Shown here piece after piece: positions 1 to 8,432 of a DNA stretch of 64,000 bases. Origin of the DNA: a virus; IMG/VR virus record IMGVR_UViG_3300020045_004291, positions 1-64,000 of that record; one strand, given 5' to 3'. The notes under the pieces are model-generated. The model had not been told where the DNA came from and made no database searches. It worked only from the letters and a program-made list of their open reading frames with translations. Each line of letters begins with the position of its first letter. Position 1 is the stretch's first letter. Both the position numbers and the translations under genes were made by a program.

Positions 1-201
1 AGCAATTCCTTGAATAGGGTTTGCAGGAAGTGGCGCGTTCATGCGCTTATTCAGGTTTTCGCCATATTGCTTTATGGCACCGCCAATGGTTCCACCAATG
101 TCAGTTATATACGACTTTTCATCCGCAGCCTTTACAGGTTTAGCGGATGATGGGTTAAACCCATTCTTCAAAGGCTTTGCACTGGACGGGTCAAACGCCA
201 T
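1..201 (-). CDS. N-terminal part of large internal virion/ejection protein (runs off the window start)
   Basis: Matches the 5' end of 36888-39464 (MAFDPSSAKP...). Confidence 0.8.
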   Translation of the reverse strand, partial: MAFDPSSAKPLKNGFNPSSAKPVKAADEKSYITDIGGTIGGAIKQYGENLNKRMNAPLPANPIQGIA

Positions 202-923
202 TATTCACGCCACTTTCCATCACCAAGATATGTCGCCTGGTTTCCGTTCGCATCAGTGTAGGTCTGGCCTTTGACAAACTTGTCACCAGACGCCTTGCGC
301 GGTGGAGACTTGCCACCAGTTGAGGTGTAATTGCGTTGACGCGCCGGAACATAACCCGCCGCCTTTTCCTTTGCGCGCTTTGGCATCCAATAGGAATCAA
401 AAGCCGTTTCAGCACCGATCAGAGAACCCTTTTCAGCGGCGTATTGATCAAGGAAGGCCTTTCGGGCTTGGGCTTCACGGGCTTTTTCCTGAATATTCCG
501 AGACGCAGCCGCGTTTGCATTGCCGTACTTTTCAATAGACGGAAGCGCAAGCTTCATGCCCTTGTATTCAATATCAGACGTAGCGCCAGACCCTGGGGCG
601 CGTTGTTGTGGAGCCAATTCGTTATTGATGGCTTCCATCTGCTGTAAGTTTTCGCCCTTAAAAAGGTTTACGGGGTTAAAGCCCCATAGACCGTTACCAT
701 AAACCGGCCCCGTTGGCGCTTTTGCGTTAAGCTTTTCAAACTCTTTCAGGCGCGTTGCTGTATATGGCAGTGTGTTAGACGCCGCCCCAGCCTCAGCAAG
801 CGTTGCCTGATCAGCAGTCGTCAGCTTTGGCGCACCAGTTGTTTTTGTCGCTGGAACCCATTGGCCACCCTTGACGACATACTTACCGCTTGGAGATACC
901 GCGCCCTCTTCATATTTTGCCAT
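201..923 (-). CDS. Putative internal virion (ejection) protein
   Basis: 240 aa, Ala/Gly/Lys-rich, translationally coupled within the virion operon downstream of the tail genes. Confidence 0.6.
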   Translation of the reverse strand: MAKYEEGAVSPSGKYVVKGGQWVPATKTTGAPKLTTADQATLAEAGAASNTLPYTATRLKEFEKLNAKAPTGPVYGNGLWGFNPVNLFKGENLQQMEAINNELAPQQRAPGSGATSDIEYKGMKLALPSIEKYGNANAAASRNIQEKAREAQARKAFLDQYAAEKGSLIGAETAFDSYWMPKRAKEKAAGYVPARQRNYTSTGGKSPPRKASGDKFVKGQTYTDANGNQATYLGDGKWRE

Positions 924-929
924 TGTGCG

Positions 930-1523
930 TTACTCCGGTGGTTCTGCGTTGGTGCCGCCGCCAGAAGATCCACCACGCTTAGGTGGGTTCATTCCCTTGG
1001 TGACAATAGCGGGCGGTGTCCAGTTTTTCAGTTCAACAACCTTGCCATCTTCACCAACCTGATAAAGGCCATAAGGCCCTTGAAAGATGCGTGGCGTAGC
1101 GGCTTGTTGTGGAGCGGTATAAGCGGGGGACACTTCACCACCTTGAATCTTAAGCAGGGTATCGCCCACCTTTTCAAACTGTGGACGCTCAGGAGCAGGG
1201 TTTTGCGCTTGGTGTAGTTTCAGATATGGGCTGATGTCAACACCAGCCTGTGCAGCCCTTGCCAGCGCGCCGTAAATATCAGGCTGCGCATCCAAGCTAT
1301 TGCTTGTTGGTGTCCGAGGCGTAAACCCCATTTCCTGATTTATGCCGCCTATAGCCGCTTGTTGCGCCTCATCCTGCGCACGTTGCTTAAAACCAGCCTC
1401 AACACCAGCCAGACGATTAGACGATTGCCCCTGCAAGGCAGAACCAGCATCATAAAGCCCGCCACCAATAAGCGACAGACGATCTCCCCAATTCTTAGGC
1501 GCATTGGCTCCAAACAGCGGCAT
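930..1523 (-). CDS. Putative internal virion (ejection) protein
   Basis: Likely start MPLFG at 1523 overlapping the upstream stop. Gly/Ala/Gln-rich; conserved in copy B. Confidence 0.55.
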   Translation of the reverse strand: MPLFGANAPKNWGDRLSLIGGGLYDAGSALQGQSSNRLAGVEAGFKQRAQDEAQQAAIGGINQEMGFTPRTPTSNSLDAQPDIYGALARAAQAGVDISPYLKLHQAQNPAPERPQFEKVGDTLLKIQGGEVSPAYTAPQQAATPRIFQGPYGLYQVGEDGKVVELKNWTPPAIVTKGMNPPKRGGSSGGGTNAEPPE

Positions 1524-2224
1524 TATACAATCCCCCGATAATCGACGGTGTAGAACCCACACGGCTGCATAGTGGCAATGTCAAGATTTTCCTGCGCCAT
1601 AACGCCCTCACGCACGATATCATCCCACAGGTATTTAAATTCGTACCACTTGCGGCCCTTGCGCTCACCCAGAGGCTTAATGTCGCGTTTCAGGCGTTCA
1701 TCCGAGAACATGGCAGCAAGAGAGGCACCGGTCTGCAACAACTGTCCGCCCGTCTGCATTTCGCTAGGCGTAGACGAACCCTTGCTTGTGGTAGATGTGC
1801 CTTGTGCCAACTGGCCAAGCAATTGCTGGATTGCCAGCGGGTATTGATTAGACGCCGTGTTCTCAGCCTGGGCAGTTTGCAAGGCTTGTGCGTAATTGGA
1901 TGAATTAAGGCCCGCAAGCGTGGTGGCGGCGTTCTGATCGTACTGGCCTTGCGTCAATGCGCGCTCAACACTTGCACCCGTCCCACCGAATGCACCGGCC
2001 TTGATAGCCTGATCATTATTTTGATTGAGCGCCATTTGACGCGACGTATCGAGATTTTTCAGCGTAGCGTCTGTCACCGCAGACTGATACGGATTCATGT
2101 AGTTATTGATCTGCGATCCAGACAAGGCGCTGTAAGCGGTCGGCAAAGACGATTTGGCGTCATTATATTGATTGAGCGCCGTCTGATTTGTGGTGGTAGA
2201 TGCGGTCTTTGATTTGCTCGACAT
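1523..2224 (-). CDS. Virion/ejection protein with C-terminal peptidase S74 (intramolecular chaperone)-like domain
   Basis: SDERLKRDIKPLG...WYEFKY...GVMAQE...YTVDY motif. Gln/Ala/Ser-rich N-terminus (AGAFGG). Confidence 0.7.
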   Translation of the reverse strand: MSSKSKTASTTTNQTALNQYNDAKSSLPTAYSALSGSQINNYMNPYQSAVTDATLKNLDTSRQMALNQNNDQAIKAGAFGGTGASVERALTQGQYDQNAATTLAGLNSSNYAQALQTAQAENTASNQYPLAIQQLLGQLAQGTSTTSKGSSTPSEMQTGGQLLQTGASLAAMFSDERLKRDIKPLGERKGRKWYEFKYLWDDIVREGVMAQENLDIATMQPCGFYTVDYRGIV

Positions 2225-2577
2225 TAAACAGCCCTAAACATGCGATCCCCATCAGGGATGAAACCGAATTTCGACATAACGCGCCACCAGCCCCTACGGC
2301 CCGATAACTCGATTCCGACACATCCGGCGACCTTCGCAAAGATCAGCGCACTATCCAGAAGGTCAATCAGGTCAGCCAATGACCCGGACGCTTGCAGGAT
2401 ATGGAGCGTGTTTTCTGTGGTCACCTCAGTGACCGCACAAGACATCCCTTTGTGCCATAATTGAGCCTGTTCCGCAAGCAATGCCTTGCGTATCTCTTCT
2501 TTTTGTGCCTCAGACGCGAATATCATGTGGCGTTCAGCAAATTGCCAATACGTCAGACGCTCAGGCTGGGTAGACAT
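2224..2577 (-). CDS. Hypothetical virion-operon protein, possible GNAT-like fold
   Basis: GC..IELSGRRGWWR..KFGF motif typical of small podophage tail-region proteins. Confidence 0.5.
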   Translation of the reverse strand: MSTQPERLTYWQFAERHMIFASEAQKEEIRKALLAEQAQLWHKGMSCAVTEVTTENTLHILQASGSLADLIDLLDSALIFAKVAGCVGIELSGRRGWWRVMSKFGFIPDGDRMFRAV

Positions 2578-2786
2578 TACGGATAAGCCGTGGCCGATAC
2601 CACACCGGCATTACTCACGGCCAAGGCCCATTCCGTGCCATCTGGTGATAGCAAAACAATGCGTTCACGAACTAACAGGATATCCTTACCCTGTTTGAAG
2701 TTCTTGTTATCCTCTTGCGCCAGCACTCGGCGCGCCTGTTGCTCGTTAGCCTGATCATACGTAGCCGTGGCATTGGGGAGATTCAT
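2577..2786 (-). CDS. Small hypothetical tail-region protein
   Basis: 69 aa, coupled to both neighbours; conserved in copy B. Confidence 0.6.
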   Translation of the reverse strand: MNLPNATATYDQANEQQARRVLAQEDNKNFKQGKDILLVRERIVLLSPDGTEWALAVSNAGVVSATAYP

Positions 2787-4261
2787 CGTTTGCCCCTCTG
2801 AGTGATTCCAAAACGAAACGACCCAACGCGGAAGTCAACATTATCAGCCGCTGTAAGCCTTGCGGAGACCTGCCTTGCGCTTAGGCGGCAATCGGTGTTC
2901 TGTGTCAACGGATAAGGCCCCACGGTCGTTTCAGCCCCCATAGGATAGATGCGCGTGAAGAACGTCACCTCAACATCACCCAGGGCCTTTTCGTCCGGCA
3001 CGATCTTTGAAACCATCAGTGTTTGATCCCCCGTGCCAATCTCAGACGGGCCGGATTCAGCATATGGCAGCAGACCGCCGTGATCCATGCCGCGCTCATG
3101 ATCCCACACAAGCCCGCTTGCATCAATCATCATAGGGAAGTCAAAAGCCCCCTGATCGCAACCGCATAGGCGCGACATTTGACCGATTGCCCAATGGCCC
3201 TCTTTGTAATTATAAACCACGTAACGATCATTTTCATTAGACGACGCAGACGGATAATCCCACCTGATTTCGTTGAACAATGAATTGTGCGTTGCTGTGA
3301 TCTTGGACGATTGATTTATATTAAGGTCTGAAAAGATATAATCATGCACGTCACACGATACCGGCTGCACAAGGCCGTTGAACTGGAAAAACCCATTTTG
3401 CCCCATCCAGATTGCCTGTGAATCCACCGTGGCAATAGCACCCTGCGCGATCACGCCGCAGTCAGAGCCTACCTTTTCATACGTGTAAACATATGGCTGC
3501 CCGTAGAATGTAGCAAGCCAAGCGTCAACATCCGTCATTAGCAGAGTCCCACCATTGACGCGGCGTCCGCACATCAGTTGCCCTACGGTCTGCAATGGGA
3601 ATTGGCGCGCATAGTTTGTGGTGGTTTCTGTCCAGTCTGTATTGTCCTGCAATCCCGAATTACGCACAAGACGCGGGTCACCATCAGCACCCAGAGCCAT
3701 CATAATGCGTTCAGCCGTCACAACGACAGCCCGTGCCGTTGGTGCGCCCGTAATGGCCGAAGCATCTAACGCGACATTGGGCACCCACTCATAAATATTT
3801 CCATCCTCTATGGTGCAGCCCACAAGGTTCTCACCCCATATATCAAGGCTCCACACCGTAGCGGGGCTATAAACAGCCTCATCAGGCACACCAAAGCCAT
3901 AAAAGCCCGAACCATACACACCAGAGCCATAAGCGCCCGATGCCGTGGCAGACGGACGCCCCACCGTATATCCGGACGGTGTAATGTCGTAGATATAGCC
4001 GCCGCTTGTCATGGCGTAAAGGTGCGAGTGCGTACCGATGCCAGCCCATGACTTATTGTCATTGTCACGCCACGTAACCAGAGCGCGGGTTGCCCCCTCC
4101 ACCAGCGTCGTTCCGCGTGAGCGCTGCACCCATCCACCGACAGGGCGTTGCTCACCGGAAAACCAGCGCCACAATTGCGAATCATAGAACCGCCCCCGGC
4201 TCTTGTACTCTGTGCCAGAGCGATAAACTCCCGGTGGAATGTCAAGTGTTATGTACTGCAT
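2783..4261 (-). CDS. Tail nozzle / packaged-DNA stabilization protein (P22 gp10 / tail tubular B-like)
   Basis: 492 aa, beta-rich, at the position expected after the adaptor in podovirus gene order. Confidence 0.65.
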   Translation of the reverse strand: MQYITLDIPPGVYRSGTEYKSRGRFYDSQLWRWFSGEQRPVGGWVQRSRGTTLVEGATRALVTWRDNDNKSWAGIGTHSHLYAMTSGGYIYDITPSGYTVGRPSATASGAYGSGVYGSGFYGFGVPDEAVYSPATVWSLDIWGENLVGCTIEDGNIYEWVPNVALDASAITGAPTARAVVVTAERIMMALGADGDPRLVRNSGLQDNTDWTETTTNYARQFPLQTVGQLMCGRRVNGGTLLMTDVDAWLATFYGQPYVYTYEKVGSDCGVIAQGAIATVDSQAIWMGQNGFFQFNGLVQPVSCDVHDYIFSDLNINQSSKITATHNSLFNEIRWDYPSASSNENDRYVVYNYKEGHWAIGQMSRLCGCDQGAFDFPMMIDASGLVWDHERGMDHGGLLPYAESGPSEIGTGDQTLMVSKIVPDEKALGDVEVTFFTRIYPMGAETTVGPYPLTQNTDCRLSARQVSARLTAADNVDFRVGSFRFGITQRGKR

Positions 4262-4956
4262 TACAGTTTGATGATGCCCATGACGGAGAAGTTGCGCGGA
4301 CGGTTTTCTGAACTGTTTTCAGTCCCACCCGCCGAAGACGTGGCCTTTGTTGAACCATTAACACCACCGGCATTTGTCATGAAACCAGCCGTTGAGCCGC
4401 CGAATGTACCCCCAGTTGCCCCACCCTCTTGATTGTGCGTGTGCGCCGGGTATTGATCGGTTTGATGGGTGCCCACGGTTCGAGATACCCCGCCCGGAGC
4501 ATCCACCATGCGGCCCAAATCGGCAAAGCGCGGGAACTCTGCCCGCAACTCAGGCACCGTAAGCGCCTTATTGGCAGCGTAATCAGCCGCAGCACTCGCG
4601 CCACGCGTTGATGCTATCCCGCCGGAGGTGTAAATCGGCAGTGCCACGTTGGGGTAATTGTCCCACAAGAACGTAAACAAAGCCGCCGTGTCAGCATTGG
4701 CGCGGTTTGTGCCATTCGACGACGCATTACCGATGGTAAGGCCGTTGGCCAGAATATACCCAGATGGAACACTAACCGCCAATGGATTAAGGCACATTTG
4801 CACAAAGCCGGTTTGTGAGGCCGCATTAGCCACCACAGACACCGCCTTAAGGTCAGTGTCCATCTGGTTAAACATCACCGTGTTGATAGCGCCCCACACG
4901 TCCTGATCAGCGCCGTCGTCTGGGTATTCCCAATTATAATTTGCAGTCGTACCCAT
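4261..4956 (-). CDS. Tail fibre/collar-domain protein
   Basis: PSGYILANG...LF...VPELRAEFPR...HTH...ENRPRNF tail-collar signature. Confidence 0.75.
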   Translation of the reverse strand: MGTTANYNWEYPDDGADQDVWGAINTVMFNQMDTDLKAVSVVANAASQTGFVQMCLNPLAVSVPSGYILANGLTIGNASSNGTNRANADTAALFTFLWDNYPNVALPIYTSGGIASTRGASAAADYAANKALTVPELRAEFPRFADLGRMVDAPGGVSRTVGTHQTDQYPAHTHNQEGGATGGTFGGSTAGFMTNAGGVNGSTKATSSAGGTENSSENRPRNFSVMGIIKL

Positions 4957-5570
4957 TATTCACCACCACATGACTTGATTTGCAAAGGCCCGCCAAACGA
5001 GTTAGCCAGCCCCTCTTTATTGATTTCCGCTATTGTCTCATCAAAGCGAGACTTCCACATAGCGCCACGGTCGTCTTCAACCATGAACGCCGATGCCTCA
5101 ACCAGCGCGCCAAACAGGTAAGCGTCCGGGTGATTCTCTAATAGCCAGTTAGGCCCCAGATTGAGCGCGTCGATCTTTTGGCGATACCGCAACCGCAATT
5201 GCAGCCCCTCAGCCGATGGTCCGGGATAGATATAAATCTGCCCATCCGACACCGTGAAATAACTAGGCGTCCCACCGTAGCCGCCCGCTTGCATGTCGAA
5301 GAAGTCACGGTTCGGCATGAAGCGCAGCGCGCCACCTTGCGGGGTATCATACACCAGCGACACAACGCCCATGAAATCGTCAGGCAGTGTGCGATTGGCA
5401 TCAGTGAACGTGATATTTGCGCTGGCCACCAGATTAGCATTGTCAGCCAGCAGGCGGTTCATGCGCGCTTCTGCCAGCGTGATAAAGTCAGGGATATTTG
5501 CCGTGAGGTCAGCACGGTTCATCCATGACGCTACAGCCGCTTGAATACCTGAATAGCTGCTAAGGCTCAT
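4956..5570 (-). CDS. Head-to-tail adaptor protein
   Basis: Start MSLSSYSGIQAAVASWMNRADL...IPDFITLAE; NWLL..HPDAYLFGAL motif of podophage adaptors. Confidence 0.7.
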   Translation of the reverse strand: MSLSSYSGIQAAVASWMNRADLTANIPDFITLAEARMNRLLADNANLVASANITFTDANRTLPDDFMGVVSLVYDTPQGGALRFMPNRDFFDMQAGGYGGTPSYFTVSDGQIYIYPGPSAEGLQLRLRYRQKIDALNLGPNWLLENHPDAYLFGALVEASAFMVEDDRGAMWKSRFDETIAEINKEGLANSFGGPLQIKSCGGE

Positions 5571-5944
5571 CGAATGTTCCCGTCCTGTGTAAAGCCAAGA
5601 TTGCCGCCGCCTGTACGCAGGAAGGCCCAATCAGGGTCATTCAATTTCTTGCGCAGCCGGTCTGCATGTTCTGGATTTTGGATGTCAAGCCCATCCTCAG
5701 CCAGCCATTTCATCTGAACCGCCGCAGGAATAGACGCAACCCGCACCATGGTTCCGTCAGCGTTGCGCCCTGTGGTGTGATTACGGGCTTGCGCGTTGTG
5801 GTCAAGAATAGCGCTCACATTATCCATGGGCGTTGATTTCTTGCACACCCATTGCTTTAGGTCTTCGTCAAACTTGACCCAGCGCCGCGTACCGTCTGGC
5901 AGCGGAGGAAATTCAACCCACCCGTAATCTTCTGGCCGGTTCAT
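5567..5944 (-). CDS. Hypothetical virion-operon protein
   Basis: 125 aa, VASIP...KKLNDPDWAFLRT motif common after phage capsid genes; identical in copy B. Confidence 0.65.
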   Translation of the reverse strand: MNRPEDYGWVEFPPLPDGTRRWVKFDEDLKQWVCKKSTPMDNVSAILDHNAQARNHTTGRNADGTMVRVASIPAAVQMKWLAEDGLDIQNPEHADRLRKKLNDPDWAFLRTGGGNLGFTQDGNIR

Positions 5945-6174
5945 TACAGGGTCGCCTTGACCTTTTGGATATCGACGTAATAGCGCTTTTTCAGTTCAAG
6001 CGCGATAGGCTCATCGATTGTAAATTCTTCACCCTCAGCAAAGTATTGCTCACCAGACTTTGGGTCATGAAGCCCCGTGCTGATCTTGCCGTGCCCCTCT
6101 TCGCGGACAGTCACCTTGACTTGTTTTACAGGCTCAGTAACACCGGCTTCGAGTTCGTGTTTAAAAACTGGCAT
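5944..6174 (-). CDS. Small hypothetical protein after the major capsid gene
   Basis: 76 aa with RBS (AAGGGA); conserved in copy B. Confidence 0.65.
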   Translation of the reverse strand: MPVFKHELEAGVTEPVKQVKVTVREEGHGKISTGLHDPKSGEQYFAEGEEFTIDEPIALELKKRYYVDIQKVKATL

Positions 6175-6188
6175 AAGTTATCCCTTGG

Positions 6189-6216
6189 AAAAAGGGGGCC
6201 AGCCGCAGCCAGCCCC
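6189..6216 (-). terminator. Intrinsic terminator after the major capsid gene
   Basis: GGGGCTGGC-TGCG-GCTGGCCCC followed by a T tract on the minus strand. Confidence 0.7.
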
Positions 6217-6224
6217 GCAGGTTA

Positions 6225-7178
6225 TTAAGAAAGGTCGTTGATCGACGCAGACCCTTTTTCGTTGCGGGCAATCAGCGTTGCTTCGCAAAGCAGTTGCTTC
6301 TTGTCAGCGTCGCCGGTCTTGGCCAGAATCTCAGTCTTGAGCGGACGGAGGTAAGCCAGTTCCCAATATGCCGGATCAATGATCAGCACATCGCGGGTCA
6401 GACCAAACTGAACAGGAACGGTCGTGATTTGGCCAAAGTCGCCGATGTAAACATCAGCAGCACCGACGATCACGGCTTGATTCATGCCCGACACATCACG
6501 GCGAATATCGGCGATGCCGGTAAACGACGAGAAGGTTTGCTTGTGCGTGGCCGACATCAGAGCCAGTTTCGGGCCGGAAGCGCCAGCGGTAAACGCAGAG
6601 GCCAGAACGGTCTTCAACAGGTCTTCAGTGAACGGGCGTTGCGTCCCGTTAGTAGCCGCACCTTGGCCACCGGAGTAAGTGCCAGACGAACCACCGACGC
6701 CGCGAGAGACGTTAGAGGTCATCCAGGCCAGTGCACCGGCCATCTGGGCAGCCGTGGCAGCGTCGCCAGTGATTGCGGCATAGTTGCCGAGCAGCGACAT
6801 TTCCATATCGTTCAGCAGTTCTTCACCCTTGAGCAAGACCTGATACGACATTTCATTCGGACGACCAGCCGAATCAACAGCTTGCTGTGTGCCCGCTACG
6901 GTTGCCGATTCCTTGAAGATCTGGGTGCGGTTACCCAGACGAGTCGTCAGCTTCGGCGCAGTGGCAGCAGTGTCATCACCCTGCACGTTCTTGTTCGTAC
7001 CGACTGGGGTACGGAGCGCTTGGGTTTGCCACTCGGAGAAGGTGGCCTTCGCGGTGCCCTTTTTGATATTTTGCTGGAAAGGACGCAGCGTCTGGGCGAT
7101 CTTGTAGATCACGTCAGAGAGGTCTTCGCGGTTGCCTACGGCTTCGTAGGTATCCATAGTGTTTGCAGGTACAGCCAT
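6225..7178 (-). CDS. Major capsid protein (DUF5309/SU10-like HK97 fold)
   Basis: GNREDLSDVIY...EWQT...N.TQIF...LAKTGDA motif; follows the scaffold gene. Confidence 0.85.
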   Translation of the reverse strand: MAVPANTMDTYEAVGNREDLSDVIYKIAQTLRPFQQNIKKGTAKATFSEWQTQALRTPVGTNKNVQGDDTAATAPKLTTRLGNRTQIFKESATVAGTQQAVDSAGRPNEMSYQVLLKGEELLNDMEMSLLGNYAAITGDAATAAQMAGALAWMTSNVSRGVGGSSGTYSGGQGAATNGTQRPFTEDLLKTVLASAFTAGASGPKLALMSATHKQTFSSFTGIADIRRDVSGMNQAVIVGAADVYIGDFGQITTVPVQFGLTRDVLIIDPAYWELAYLRPLKTEILAKTGDADKKQLLCEATLIARNEKGSASINDLS

Positions 7179-7179
7179 T

Positions 7180-8133
7180 TTAGAACCCTAATTTGGTAAT
7201 CAACTTGGCGGCGTCGTCAATGGATCGCGTTTGTGCAAGTCGATTGCGTTGTTGTGAAATGTCCCGTTGTGAGGACGTGCCACGATTGCCAGTTGCGCCT
7301 TGTGGGGCTACCTTGGCGGGTTTCGTGACGGTTGGTGTCTTGGGTGGAACCGTTTTAGACGTGGCCTCAGCCATCATCTTGTCATACATCATCGCCTTGT
7401 GGGCAATCGTGAGTTCCAGAGCGGAAACTGTGAGCAGAGCATCGGGAGAAATACCGCTTTTAACAATGTAATCGCCAATCCCCCGCAAGGTCTCGGCATT
7501 GTTAGCGATATCAGGCGCAATCTCTGTAAGTTTGGCGGATTCTTCACGCATGAAGTTCTCACGCCATAATTTGTCAGCCGCAGCACGGTCATTTTCAGCT
7601 TTGTTGAACTTCTCAAGGCCTGTTTGGTATCGCATCCAATCCGCTTGGGCTGCGTCCCTGTCTTGCAACAGATATGCATTCCAATCGATATCGGTGAAAT
7701 ACTCATCAAACGCCTTGCGCTCATCAGTAATGGCCGCAGCCATACGATCAGCAAGCTCTTTAGCCTTATTGGCCTCAGTTGTAGCTAACGTGCGAGCCTC
7801 AGAGGACTCAGCTTTAACCTTGGCGACCACAGCCTCGCGCTTTTCCTCTTGTGCCCTGACAATAGCCTGAGCCTTCGGGGTTAATGCGGCAAACTCTGCC
7901 TTCGCTTCGGCGTCCCACCATTGCGGGGCTTCGACGGATTCAACGGCCTCAGCCTGATCATCGTCGCTTTCGTCGCCATCAACCTCATCAGCCTCAGCGT
8001 CAGCGGTTTCAGGTTCGACAATCTCAGTATCGCTTATTTCTGGTTTATCGTCAACTACGGGAGCCGCCACAGGCTCAGGGGCCGCGTCCATGTCAGTTAC
8101 AGCCTGGATTGCAGCTTCTAAATCACCACTCAT
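7180..8133 (-). CDS. Capsid scaffolding protein
   Basis: Acidic N-terminus, coiled-coil character, directly upstream of the major capsid gene. Confidence 0.7.
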   Translation of the reverse strand: MSGDLEAAIQAVTDMDAAPEPVAAPVVDDKPEISDTEIVEPETADAEADEVDGDESDDDQAEAVESVEAPQWWDAEAKAEFAALTPKAQAIVRAQEEKREAVVAKVKAESSEARTLATTEANKAKELADRMAAAITDERKAFDEYFTDIDWNAYLLQDRDAAQADWMRYQTGLEKFNKAENDRAAADKLWRENFMREESAKLTEIAPDIANNAETLRGIGDYIVKSGISPDALLTVSALELTIAHKAMMYDKMMAEATSKTVPPKTPTVTKPAKVAPQGATGNRGTSSQRDISQQRNRLAQTRSIDDAAKLITKLGF

Positions 8134-8432
8134 TGATTAACCTTTTTTCGATATGCCTCAATGGCCTCAGCCATGTTTTGACGGTTTGCGTAGACCTCAG
8201 TCATCGCGATTACAGCATCCAGCCCCTTGACGGCATGATAATAATATTCTCTGATTTCATAGTCATTCGGGCCGGATTTGATAATGTTGTCCATCAGGGC
8301 TTCGCGCACTTCGGCAGCGACTTCCATCATGACAGGCAACGCATTTTTTGCACGGTCGGACACCTCACGTTGCTCTTGTGAGATGTCACGATCGATTGAG
8401 GGCTTTGGCTTCCACCATTTCCAATTGGTCAC
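8130..8432 (-). CDS. Hypothetical protein between portal and scaffold
   Basis: 100 aa, helical, coupled; conserved in copy B. Confidence 0.65.
   Translation of the reverse strand: MTNWKWWKPKPSIDRDISQEQREVSDRAKNALPVMMEVAAEVREALMDNIIKSGPNDYEIREYYYHAVKGLDAVIAMTEVYANRQNMAEAIEAYRKKVNQ

Noticed and set aside
6294-7199. 301 aa plus-strand ORF
   Set aside because: Antisense shadow of the major capsid gene; the frame is broken in copy B.
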